Below, one piece after another: positions 1 to 13,800 of a DNA stretch of 64,000 bases. Under the pieces are notes generated by a model. The model was not told the DNA's origin and did no database searches. It was given only the letters and a program-made list of their open reading frames with translations. Numbering within the stretch: the first letter of the stretch is position 1; each line of letters opens with the position of its first letter. The translations under genes were made by a program, and so were the position numbers. Source of the DNA: the human T2T-CHM13v2.0 reference genome, Homo sapiens; assembly GCF_009914755.1 (NCBI RefSeq), contig NC_060925.1; one strand, written 5' to 3'.

Positions 1-1930
1 TCGCATAGAATCGAATGGAATTAACATTGAATGGACTCGAATGGAATCAACATCAAACGGAATCAAGCGGAATTATCGAATGGAATCGAAGAGAATCATC
101 GAATGGTCTCGAATGGAATCATCTTCTAATGGAAAGGAATGGAATCATCTCATAGAATCGAATGGAATTAACATTGAATGGACTCGAATGGAATCAACAT
201 CAAATGCAATCAAGCGGAATTGTCGAATGAAATCGAAGAGAATCATCGAATGGACTCGAATGGAATCATCTAATGGAATGGAATGGAATAATCCACGGAC
301 TCGAATGCAATCATCATCGTATAGAATCGAATGGAATGATCGAAAGGACTCGAATGGAATAACCATTGAACGGAATCGAATGGAATCATCATCGGATGGA
401 AACGAATGGAATCATCATCGAATGGAAATGAAAGGAGTCATCATCTAATGGAATTGCATGGAATCATCATCAAATGGAATCGAATGGAATCATCATCAAA
501 TGGAATCAAATGGAATCATTGAACGGAATTGAATGGAATTGTCATCGAATGAATTGACTGCAATCATCCAATGGTCTCGAATGGAATCATCTTCAAATGG
601 AATGGAATGGAATCATCGCATAGAATCGAATGGAATTATCATCGAATGGAATCGAATGGTATCAACATCAAACGGAAAAAAACGGAATTATCGAATGGAA
701 TCGAAGAGAATCTTCGAACGGACCCGAATGGAATCATCTAATGGAATGGAATGGAATAATCCATGGACTCGAATGCAATCATCATCGAATGGAATCGAAT
801 GGAATCATTGAATGGACTCGAATGGAATAATCATTGAACGGAATCGAATGGAATCATCATCGGATGGAAATGAATGGAATCATCATCGAATGGAATCGAA
901 TAGAATTATGGAATGAAATCCAGTGTGATCATCATCGAATGGACCCGAATGGAATCATCATCCAACGGAAGCTAATGGAATCAACATCGAATGAATCGAA
1001 AGGAAACACCATCGAATTGAAACGAATGGAATTATCATGAAATTGAAATGGATGGACTCATCATCGAATGGATTCGAATGGAATCATCGAATAAAATTGA
1101 TTGAAATCATCATCGAATGGAATCGAATGGTATCATTGAATGGAATCGAATGGAATCATCATCAGATGGAAATGAATGGAATCGTCATAGAATGGAATCG
1201 AATGGATTCATTGAATGGAATCAGATGGAATCATCGAATGGACTCGAATGGAATAATCATTGAACGGAATCGAATGGAATCATCATCGGATGGAAACGAA
1301 TGGAATCATCATCGAATGGAAATGAAAGGAGTCATCATCTAATGGAATTTCATGGAATCATCATCAAATGGAATCGAATGGAATCAACATCAAATGGAAT
1401 CAAATGGAATCATTGAACGGAATTGAATGGAATCGTCATCGAATGAATTGAATGCAATCATCGAATGGTCTCGAATGGAATCATCTTCAAATGGAATGGA
1501 ATGGAATCATCGCATAGAATCGAATGGAATTATCATCGAATGGAATCGAATGTTATCAACATCAAACGGAAAATAACGGAATTATCGAATGGAATCGAAG
1601 AGAATCATCGAACGGACCCGAATGGAATCATCTAATGGAATGGAATGGAATAATCCACGGACTCGAATGCAATCATCGTCGAATGGAATCGAATAGAATC
1701 ATCGAATGGACTCGAATGGAATAATCATTGAACGGAATCGAATGGAATCATCATCGGATGGAAACGAATGGAATCATCATCGAATGGAATCGAATAGAAT
1801 TATGGAATGAAATCCAGTGTGATCATCATCGAATGGACCCGAATGGAATCATCATCCAACGGAAGCTAATGGAATCAACATCGAATGAATCAAATGGAAA
1901 CACCATCGAATTGAAACGAATGGAATTACC

Positions 1931-3706
1931 ATGAAATTGAAATGGATGGACTCATCATCAAATGGATTCGAATGGAATCATCGAATAAAATTGATTGAAA
2001 TCATCATCGAATGGAATCGAATGGTATCATTGAATGGAATCGAATGGAATCATCATCAGATGGAAATGAATGGAATCGTCATAGAATGGAATCGAATGGA
2101 TTCATTGAATGGAATCAGATGGAATCATTGAATGGACTGGAATGGAATCATTGAATGGACTCGAAAGGGATCATTATTGAATGGAATTGAATGGAATCAT
2201 CGAATGGTCTCGATTGGAATCATTATCAAATGGAATCGAATGGAATCACCGAATAGAATCGAATGGAACAATCATCGAATGGACTCAAATGGAATTATCC
2301 TCCAATGGAATGGAATGGAATTATCGAATGCAATCGAATGGAATTATCGAATGCAATCGAATAGAATCATCGAATGGACTCGAATGGAATCATTGAATGG
2401 AATGGAATGGAACAGTCAATGAACTCGAATGGAATCATCATTGAATGGAATCGAATGGAATCATCGAGTGGAATCGAATGGAATTATGATCAAATGGAAT
2501 CGAATGTAATCATCATCAAATGGAATCAAAAATAACCATCATCAATTGGTATTGAATGGAATTGTCATCAAATGGAATTCAAAGGAATCATCATCAAATG
2601 GAACCGAATGGAATCCTCATTGAATGGAAATGAAAGGGGTCATCATCTAATGGAATCGCATGGAATCATCATCAAATGGAATCGAATGGAATCATCATCA
2701 AATGGAATCTAATGGAATCATTGAAAAGAATTGAATGGAATCGTCATCGAATGAATTGAATGCAATCATCGAATGGTCTCGAATGGAATCATCTTCTAAT
2801 GGAAAGGAATGGAATCATCGCATAGAATCGAATGGAATTATCATCGAATGGAATCGAATGGTATCAACACCAAACGGAAAAAAACGGAATTATCGAATGG
2901 AATCGAAGAGAATCTTCGAACGGACCCGAATGGAATCATCTAATGGAATGGAATGGAATAATCCATGGACTCGAATGCAATCATCATCGAATGGAATCGA
3001 ATGGAATCATCGAATGGACTCGAATGGAATAATCATTGAACGGAATCGAATGGAATCATCATCGGATGGAAACGAATGGAATCATCATCGAATGGAAATG
3101 AAAGGAGTCATCATCTAATGGAATTGCATGGAATCATCATAAAATGGAATCGAATGGAATCAACATCAAATGGAATCAAATGGAATCATTGAACGGAATT
3201 GAATGGAATCGTCATCGAATGAATTGAATGCAATCATCGAATGGTCTCGAATGGAATCATCTTCAAATAGAATGGAATGGAATCATCGCATAGAATCGAA
3301 TGGAATTATCATCGAATGGAATCGAATGGAATCAACATCAAACGGAAAAAAACGGAATTATCGAATGGAATCGAAGAGAATCATCGAATGGACCCGAATG
3401 GAATCATCTAATGGAATGGAATGGAATAATCCATGGACTCGAATGCAATCATCATCGAATGGAATCGAATGGAATCATCGAATGGACTCGAATGGAATAA
3501 TCATTGAACGGAATCGAATGGAATCATCATCGGATGGAAATGAATGGAATCATCATCGAATGGAATCGAATAGAATTATGGAATGAAATCCAGTGTGATC
3601 ATCATCGAATGGACCCGAATGGAATCATCATCCAACGTAAGCTAATGGAATCAACATCGAATGAATCGAATGGAAACACCATCGAATTGAAACGAATGGA
3701 ATTACC
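1931..3706. repeat. Representative canonical 1776-bp HSat2 unit (840-bp single-copy portion plus two 468-bp modules)
   Basis: Landmark ORF starts at 1931 and 3707 are 1776 bp apart. Internal near-duplicate modules start at 2735 and 3203, 468 bp apart. Confidence 0.93.
2735..3202. repeat. Representative 468-bp internal module (19 monomers)
   Basis: The module parses by hand into monomers of 25,23,26,23,26,26,23,23,23,22,26,23,26,26,26,26,26,26,23 bp, summing to 468. It carries the landmarks AAACGGAAAAAAACGG, GAAGAGAATC, CCATGGACTC and GAAAGGAGTC. Confidence 0.9.
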
Positions 3707-6700
3707 ATGAAATTGAAATGGATGGACTCATCATCGAATGGATTCGAATGGAATCATCGAATAAAATTGATTGAAATCATCATCGAATTGTATCGAATGG
3801 TATCATTGAATGGAATCGAATGGAATCATCCTCAGATGGAAATGAATGGAATCGTCATAGAATGGAATCGAATGGATTCATTGAATGGAATCAGATGGAA
3901 TCATCGAATGGACTGGAATGGAATCATTGAATGGACTCGAAAGGGATCATTATTGAATGGAATTGAATGGAATCATCGAATGGTCCCGATGGAATCATTA
4001 TCAAATGGAATCGAATGGAATCACCGAATAGAATCGAATGGAACAATCATCGAATGGACTCAAATGGAATTATCCTCACATGGAATCGAATGGAATTATC
4101 GAATGCAATCGAATGGAATTATCGAATGCAATCGAATAGAATCATCGAATGGACTCGAATGGAATCATCGAATGGAATGGAATGGAACAGTCAATGAACT
4201 CGAATGGAATCATCATTGAATGGAATCGAATGGAATCATCGAGTGGAATCGAATGGAATTATGATCAAATGGAATCGAATGTAATCATCATCAAATGGAA
4301 TCAAAAATAACCATCATCAATTGGTATTGAATGGAATTCTCATCAAATGGAATTCAAAGGAATCATCATCAAATGGAACTGAATGGAATCCTCATTGAAT
4401 GGAAATGAAAGGGGTCATCATCTAATGGAATCGCATGGAATCATCATCAAATGGAATCGAATGGAATCATCATCAAATGGAATCTGATGGAATCATTGAA
4501 CAGAATTGAATGGAATCGTCATCGAATGAATTGAATTCAATCATCGAATGGTCTCGAATGTAATCACATTCTAATGGAAAGGAATGGAATCATCGCATAG
4601 AATCGAATGGAATTAACATTGAATGGACTCGAATGGAATCAACATCAAACGGAATCAAGCGGAATTATCGAATGGAATCGAAGAGAATCATCGAATGGTC
4701 TCGAATGGAATCATCTTCTAATGGAAAGGAATGGAATCATCTCATAGAATCGAATGGAATTAACATTGAATGGACTCGAATGGAATCAACATCAAATGCA
4801 ATCAAGCGGAATTGTCGAATGAAATCGAAGAGAATCATCGAATGGACTCGAATGGAATCATCTAATGGAATGGAATGGAATAATCCACGGACTCGAATGC
4901 AATCATCATCGTATAGAATCGAATGGAATGATCGAAAGGACTCGAATGGAATAACCATTGAACGGAATCGAATGGAATCATCATCGGATGGAAACGAATG
5001 GAATCATCATCGAATGGAAATGAAAGGAGTCATCATCTAATGGAATTGCATGGAATCATCATCAAATGGAATCGAATGGAATCATCATCAAATGGAATCA
5101 AATGGAATCATTGAACGGAATTGAATGGAATTGTCATCGAATGAATTGACTGCAATCATCCAATGGTCTCGAATGGAATCATCTTCAAATGGAATGGAAT
5201 GGAATCATCGCATAGAATCGAATGGAATTATCATCGAATGGAATCGAATGGTATCAACATCAAACGGAAAAAAACGGAATTATCGAATGGAATCGAAGAG
5301 AATCTTCGAACGGACCCGAATGGAATCATCTAATGGAATGGAATGGAATAATCCATGGACTCGAATGCAATCATCATCGAATGGAATCGAATGGAATCAT
5401 TGAATGGACTCGAATGGAATAATCATTGAACGGAATCGAATGGAATCATCATCGGATGGAAATGAATGGAATCATCATCGAATGGAATCGAATAGAATTA
5501 TGGAATGAAATCCAGTGTGATCATCATCGAATGGACCCGAATGGAATCATCATCCAACGGAAGCTAATGGAATCAACATCGAATGAATCGAAAGGAAACA
5601 CCATCGAATTGAAACGAATGGAATTATCATGAAATTGAAATGGATGGACTCATCATCGAATGGATTCGAATGGAATCATCGAATAAAATTGATTGAAATC
5701 ATCATCGAATGGAATCGAATGGTATCATTGAATGGAATCGAATGGAATCATCATCAGATGGAAATGAATGGAATCGTCATAGAATGGAATCGAATGGATT
5801 CATTGAATGGAATCAGATGGAATCATCGAATGGACTCGAATGGAATAATCATTGAACGGAATCGAATGGAATCATCATCGGATGGAAACGAATGGAATCA
5901 TCATCGAATGGAAATGAAAGGAGTCATCATCTAATGGAATTTCATGGAATCATCATCAAATGGAATCGAATGGAATCAACATCAAATGGAATCAAATGGA
6001 ATCATTGAACGGAATTGAATGGAATCGTCATCGAATGAATTGAATGCAATCATCGAATGGTCTCGAATGGAATCATCTTCAAATGGAATGGAATGGAATC
6101 ATCGCATAGAATCGAATGGAATTATCATCGAATGGAATCGAATGGTATCAACATCAAACGGAAAATAACGGAATTATCGAATGGAATCGAAGAGAATCAT
6201 CGAACGGTCCCGAATGGAATCATCTAATGGAATGGAATGGAATAATCCACGGACTCGAATGCAATCATCGTCGAATGGAATCGAATAGAATCATCGAATG
6301 GACTCGAATGGCATAATCATTGAACGGAATCGAATGGAATCATCATCGGATGGAAACGAATGGAATCATCATCGAATGGAATCGAATAGAATTATGGAAT
6401 GAAATCCAGTGTGATCATCATCGAATGGACCCGAATGGAATCATCATCCAACGGAAGCTAATGGAATCAACATCGAATGAATCAAATGGAAACACCATCG
6501 AATTGAAACGAATGGAATTACCATGAAATTGAAATGGATGGACTCATCATCAAATGGATTCGAATGGAATCATCGAATAAAATTGATTGAAATCATCATC
6601 GAATGGAATCGAATGGTATCATTGAATGGAATCGAATGGAATCATCATCAGATGGAAATGAATGGAATCGTCATAGAATGGAATCGAATGGATTCATTGA

Positions 6701-9700
6701 ATGGAATCAGATGGAATCATTGAATGGACTGGAATGGAATCATTGAATGGACTCGAAAGGGATCATTATTGAATGGAATTGAATGGAATCATCGAATGGT
6801 CTCGATTGGAATCATTATCAAATGGAATCGAATGGAATCACCGAATAGAATCGAATGGAACAATCATCGAATGGACTCAAATGGAATTATCCTCCAATGG
6901 AATGGAATGGAATTATCGAATGCAATCGAATGGAATTATCGAATGCAATCGAATAGAATCATCGAATGGACTCGAATGGAATCATCGAATGGAATGGAAT
7001 GGAACAGTCAATGAACTCGAATGGAATCATCATTGAATGGAATCGAATGGAATCATCGAGTGGAATCGAAAGGAATTATGACCAAATGGAATCGAATGTA
7101 ATCATCATCAAATGGAATCAAAAATAACCATCATCAATTGGTATTGAATGGAATTGTCATCAAATGGAATTCAAAGGAATCATCATCAAATGGAACCGAA
7201 TGGAATCCTCATTGAATGGAAATGAAAGGGGTCATCATCTAATGGAATCGCATGGAATCATCATCAAATGGAATCGAATGGAATCATCATCAAATGGAAT
7301 CTAATGGAATCATTGAACAGAATTGAATGGAATCGTCATCGAATGAATTGAATGCAATCATCGAATGGTCTCGAATGGAATCATCTTCTAATGGAAAGGA
7401 ATGGAATCATTGCATAGAATCGAGTGGAATTATCATCGAATGGAATCGAATGGTATCAACACCAAACGGAAAAAAACGGAATTATCGAATGGAATCGAAG
7501 AGAATCTTCGAACGGACCCGAATGGAATCATCTAATGGAATTGAATGGAATAATCCATGGACTCGAATGCAATCATCATCGAATGGAATCGAATGGAATC
7601 ATCGAATGGACTCGAATGGAATAATCATTGAACGGAATCGAATGGAATCATCATCGGATGGAAACGAATGGAATCATCATCGAATGGAAATGAAAGGAGT
7701 CATCATCTAATGGAATTGCATGGAATCATCATAAAATGGAATCGAATGGAATCAACATCAAATGGAATCAAATGGAATCATTGAACGGAATTGAATGGAA
7801 TCGTCATCGAATGAATTGAATGCAATCATCGAATGGTCTCGAATGGAATCATCTTCAAATGGAATGGAATGGAATCATCGCATAGAATCGAATGGAATTA
7901 TCATCGAATGGAATCGAATTGAATCAACATCAAACGGAAAAAAACGGAATTATCGAATGGAATCGAAGAGAATCATCGAATGGACCCGAATGGAATCATC
8001 TAATGGAATGGCATGGAATAATCCATGGACACGAATGCAATCATCATCGAATGGAATCGAATGGAATCATCGAATGGACTCGAATGGAATAATCATTGAA
8101 CGGAATCGAATGGAATCATCATCGGATGGAAACGAATGGAATCATCATCGAATGGAAATGAAAGGAGTCATCATCTAATGGAATTGCATGGAATCATCAT
8201 CAAATGGAATCGAATGGAATCAACATCAAATGGAATCAAATGGAATCATTGAACGGAATTGAATGGAATCGTCATCGAATGAATTGAATGCAATCATCGA
8301 ATGGTCTCGAATGCAATCATCTTCAAATGGAATGGAATGGAATCATCGCATAGAATCGAATGGAATTATCATCAAATGGAATCGAATGGTATCAACATAA
8401 AACGGAAAAAAACGGAATTATCGAATGGAATCGAAGAGAATCCTCGAACGGACCCGAATGGAATCATCTAATGGAATGGAATGGAATAATCCATGGAGTC
8501 GAATGCAATCATCATCGAATGGAATCGAATGGAATCATCGAATGGACTCGAATGGAATAATCATTGAACGGAATCGAATGGAATCATCTTCGGATGGAAA
8601 CGAATGGAATCATCATGGAATGGAAATGAGAGGAATCATCATCTAATGGAATTGCATGGAATCATCATAAAATGGAATCGAATGGAATCAACATCAAATG
8701 GAATCAAATGTAATCCTTGAACGGAATTGAATGGAATCGTCATCGAATGAATTGAATGCAATCATCGAATGGTCTCGAATGGAATCATCTTCAAATGGAA
8801 TGGAATGGAATCATCGCATAGAATCGAATGGAATTATCATCGAATGGAATCGAATGGAATCAACATCAAACGGAAAAAAACGGAATTATCGAATGGAATC
8901 GAAGAGAATCATCGAATGGACCCGAATGGAATCATCTAATGGAATGAAATGGAATAACCCATGGACTCGAATGCAATCATCATCGAATGGAATCGAATGG
9001 AATCATCGAATGGACTCGAATGGAATAATCATTGAACGGAATCGAATGGAATCATCATCGGATGGAAATGAATGGAATCATCATCGAATGGTATCGAATA
9101 GAATTATGGAATGAAATCCAGTGTGATCATCATCGAATGGACCCGAATGGAATCATCATCCATCGGAAGCAAATGGAATCAACATCGAATGAATCGAATG
9201 GAAACACCATCGAATTGAGACGAATGGAATTATCATGAATTTGAAATGGATGGACTCATCATCGAATGGATTCGAATGGAATCATCGAATAAAATTGATT
9301 GAAATCATCATCCAATGGAATCGAATGGTATCATTGAATGGAATCGAATGGAATCATCATCAGATGGAAATGAATGGAATCGTCATAGAATGGAATCGAA
9401 TGGATTCATTGAATGGAATCAGATGGAATCATCGAATGGACTGGAATGGAATCATTGAATGGACTCGAAAGGGATCATTATTGAATGGAATTGAATGGAA
9501 TCATCGAATGGTCTCGATTGGAATTATTATCAAATGGAATCGAATGGAATCACCGAATAGAATCGAATGGAACAATCATCGAATGGACTCAAATGGAATT
9601 ATCCTCAAATGGAATCGAATGGAATTATCGAATGCAATCGAATGGAATTATCGAATGCAATCGAATAGAATCACCGAATGGACTCGAATGGAATCATCGA

Positions 9701-10899
9701 ATGGAATGGAATGGAAAAGTCAATGAACACGAATGGAATCATCACTGAATGGAATCGAATGGAATCATCGAGTGGAATCGAATGGAATTATGATCAAATG
9801 GAATCGAATGTAATCATCATCAAATGGAATCAAAAATAACCATCATCAATTGGTATTGAATGGAATTGTTATCAAATGGAATTCAAAGGAATCATCATCA
9901 AATGGAACTGAATGGAATCCTCATTGAATGGAAATGAAAGGGGTCATCATCTAATGGAATAGCATGGAATAATCATCAAATGGAATCGAATGGAATCATC
10001 ATCAAATGGAATCTAATGGAAACATTGAACAGAATTGAATGGAATCGTCATCGAATGAATTGAATGCAATCATCGAATGGTCTCGAATGGAATCATCTTC
10101 TAATGGAAAGGAATGGAATCATCGCTTAGAATCGAATGGAATTAACATTGAATGGACTCGAATGAAATCAACATCAAATGGAATCAAGCGGAATTATCGA
10201 ATGAAATCGAAGAGAATCATCGAATGGACTCGAATGGAATCATCTAATGGAATGGAATGGAATAATCCACGGACTCGAATGCAATCATCATAGTATAGAA
10301 TCGAACGGAATCATCGAATGGACTCGAATGGAATAACCATTGAACGGAATCGAATGTAATCATCATCGGATGGAAACGAATGGAATCATCATCGAATGGA
10401 AATGAAAGGAGTCATCATCTAATGGAATTGCATGGAATCATCATAAAATGGAATCGAATGGAATCATCATCAAATGGAATCAAATGGAAGCATTGAACGG
10501 AATTGAATGGAATCGTCATCGAATGAATTGAATGCAATCATCGATAGGTCTCGAATGGAATCATCTTCAAATGGAATGGAATGGAATCATCGCATACAAT
10601 CGAATGGAATTATCATCGAATGGAATCGAATGGTATCAACATCAAACGGAAAAAAACGGAATTACCGAATGGAATCGAAGAGAATCTTCGAACGGACCCG
10701 AATGGAATCATCTAATGGAATGGAATGGAATAATCCATGGACTCGAATGCAATCATCATCGAATGGAATCGAATGGAATCATCGAATGGACTCGAATGGA
10801 ATAATCATTGAACGGAATCGAATGGAATCATCATCGGATGGAAACGAATGGAATCATCATCGAATGGAAATGAAAGGAGTCATCATCTAATGGAATTGC

Positions 10900-13800
10900 A
10901 TGGAATCATCATAAAATGGAATCGAATGGAATCATCATCAAATGGAATCAAATGGAAGCATTGAACGGAATTGAATGGAATCGTCATCGAATGAATTGAA
11001 TGCAATCATCGAATGGTCTCGAATGGAATCATCTTCAAATGGAATGGAGTGGAATCATCGCATACAATCGAATGGAATTATCATCGAATGGAATCGAATG
11101 GTATCAACATCAAACGGAAAAAAACGGAATTACCGAATGGAATCGAACAGAATCTTCGAACGGACCCGAATGGAATCATCTAATGGAATGGAATTGAATA
11201 ATCCATGGACTCGAATGCAATCATCATCGAATGGAATCGAATGGAATCATCGAATGGACTCGAATGGAATAATCATTGAACGGAATCGAATGGAATCATC
11301 ATCGGATGGAAATGAATGGAATCATCATCGAATGGAATCGAATAGAATTATGGAATGAAATCCAGTGTGATCATCATCGAATGGACCCGAATGGAATCAT
11401 CATCCAACGGAAGCTAATGGAATCAACATCGAATGAATCGAATGGAAACACCATCGAATTGAAACGAATGGAATTATCATGAAATTGAAATGGATGGACT
11501 CATCATCGAATGGATTCGAATGGAATCATCGAATAAAATTGATTGAAATCATCATCCAATGGAATCGAATGGTATCATTGAATGGAATCGAATGGAATCA
11601 TCATCAGATGGAAATGAATGGAATCGTCATAGAATGGAATCGAATGGATTCATTGAATGGAATCAGATGGAATCATCGAATGGACTGGAATGGAATCATT
11701 GAATGGACTCGAAAGGGATCATTATTGAATGGAATTGAATGGAATCATCGAATGGTCTCGATTGGAATCATTATCAAATGGAATCGAATGGAATCACCGA
11801 ATAGAATCGAATGGAACAATCATCGAATGGACTCAAATGGAATTATCCTCAAATGGAATCGAATGGAATTATCGAATGCAATCGAATGGAATTATCGAAT
11901 GCAATCGAATAGAATCATCGGATGGACTCGAATGGAATCATCGCATGGAATGGAATGGAACAGTCAATGAACTCGAATGCAATCATCATTGAATGGAATC
12001 GAATGGAATCATCGAGTGGAATCGAATGGAATTATGATCAAATGGAATCGAATGTAATCATCATCAAATGGAATCAAAAATAACCATCATCAATTGGTAT
12101 TGAATGGAATTGTCATCAAATGGAATTCAAAGGAATCATCATCAAATGGAACCGAATGGAATCCTCATTGAATGGAAATGAAAGGGGTCATCATCTAATG
12201 GAATCGCATGGAATCATCATCAAATGGAATCGAATGCAATCATCATCAAATGGAATCTAATGGAATCATTGAACAGAATTGAATGGAATCGTCATCGAAT
12301 GAATTGAATGCAATCATCGAATGGTCTCGAATGGAATCATCTTCTAATGGAAAGGAATGGAATCATCGCATAGAATCGAATGGAATTATCATCGAATGGA
12401 ATCGAATGGTATCAACACCAAACGGAAAAAAACGGAATTATCGAATGGAATCGAAGAGAATCTTCGAACGGACCCGAATGGAATCATCTAATGGAATGGA
12501 ACGGAATAATCCATGGACTCGAATGCAATCATCATCGAATGGAATCGAATGGAATCATCGAATGGACTCGAATGGAATAATCATTGAACGGAATTGAATG
12601 GAATCATCATCGGATGGAAACGAATGGAATCATCATCGAATGGAAATGAAAGGAGTCATCATCTAATGGAATTGCATGGAATCATCATCAAATGGAATCG
12701 AATGGAATCAACATCAAATGGAATCAAATGGAATAATTGAACGGAATTGAATGGAATCGTCATCGAATGAATTGAATGCAATCATCGAATGATCTAGAAT
12801 GGAATCATCTTCAAATGGAATGGAATGGAATCATCGCATAGAATCGAACGGAAGTATCATCGAATGGAATCGAATGGAATCAACATCAAACGGAAAAAAA
12901 CGGAATTATCGAATGGAATCGAAGAGAATCATCGAATGGACCCGAATGGAATCATCTAATGGAATGGAATGGAATAATCCATGGACTCGAATGCAATCAT
13001 CATCGAATGGAATCGAATGGAATCATCGAATGGACTCGAATGGAATAATCATTGAACGGAATCGAATGGAATCATCAACGGATGGAAATGAATGGAATCA
13101 TCATCGAATGGAATCGAATAGAATTATGGAATGAAATCCAGTGTGATCATCATCGAATGGACCCGAATGGAATCATCATCCAACGGAATCTAATGGAATC
13201 AACATCGAATGAATCGAATGGAAACACCATCGAATTGAAACGAATGGAATTATCATGAAATTGAAATGGATGGACTCATCATCGAATGGATTCGAATGGA
13301 ATCATCGAATAAAATTGATTGAAATCATCATCCAATGGAATCGAATGGTATCATTGAATGGAATCGAATGGAATCATCATCAGATGGAAATGAATGGAAT
13401 CGTCATAGAATGGAATCGAATGGATTCATTGAATGGAATCAGATGGAATCCTCGAATGGACTGGAATGGAATCATTGAATGGACTCGAAAGGGATCATTA
13501 TTGAATGGAATTGAATGGAATCATCGAATGGTCTCGATTGGAATCATTATCAAATGGAATCGAATGGAATCACCGAATAGAATCGAATGGAACAATCATC
13601 GAATGGACTCCAATGGAATTATCCTCAAATGGAATCGAATGGAATTATCGAATGCAATCGAATGGAATTATCGAATGCAATCGAATAGAATCATCGAATG
13701 GACTCGAATGGAATCATCGAATGGAATGGAATGGAACAGTCAATGAACTCGAATGGAATCATCATTGAATGGAATCGAATGGAATCATCGAGTGGAATCG

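Larger units (their letters stand above)
1..7000. repeat. Tandem duplication, period 4592 bp (first copy truncated by the window start)
   Basis: Identical ORF translations occur at 41/4633, 145/4737, 533/5125, 1037/5629 and 1931/6523. Private variants CATCTCATAG, CAAATGCAATCAAG, GAATGATCGAAAGG and the 894-bp short unit are shared. Confidence 0.9.

Noticed and set aside
1088-1110. AT-rich ATAAAATTGATTGAAATC once per unit (AATAAA; partial homeodomain/DUX4-like TGATTG)
   Set aside because: It is a short, imperfect motif match inside a diverged monomer, with no independent support for a polyadenylation or binding site.
2735-3202. 468 = 18 x 26, suggesting a pure 26-mer origin
   Set aside because: Manual parsing gives 19 monomers (10x26, 7x23, 1x25, 1x22), so the divisibility is coincidental.
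9235-9726. Recurrent 163-aa ORF (MKLKWMDSSSNGFEW...) seen in many units
   Set aside because: Homologous units truncate it to 66, 81, 101 or 120 aa through point stops and deletions, so there is no sign of coding constraint. It was used only as a positional landmark.
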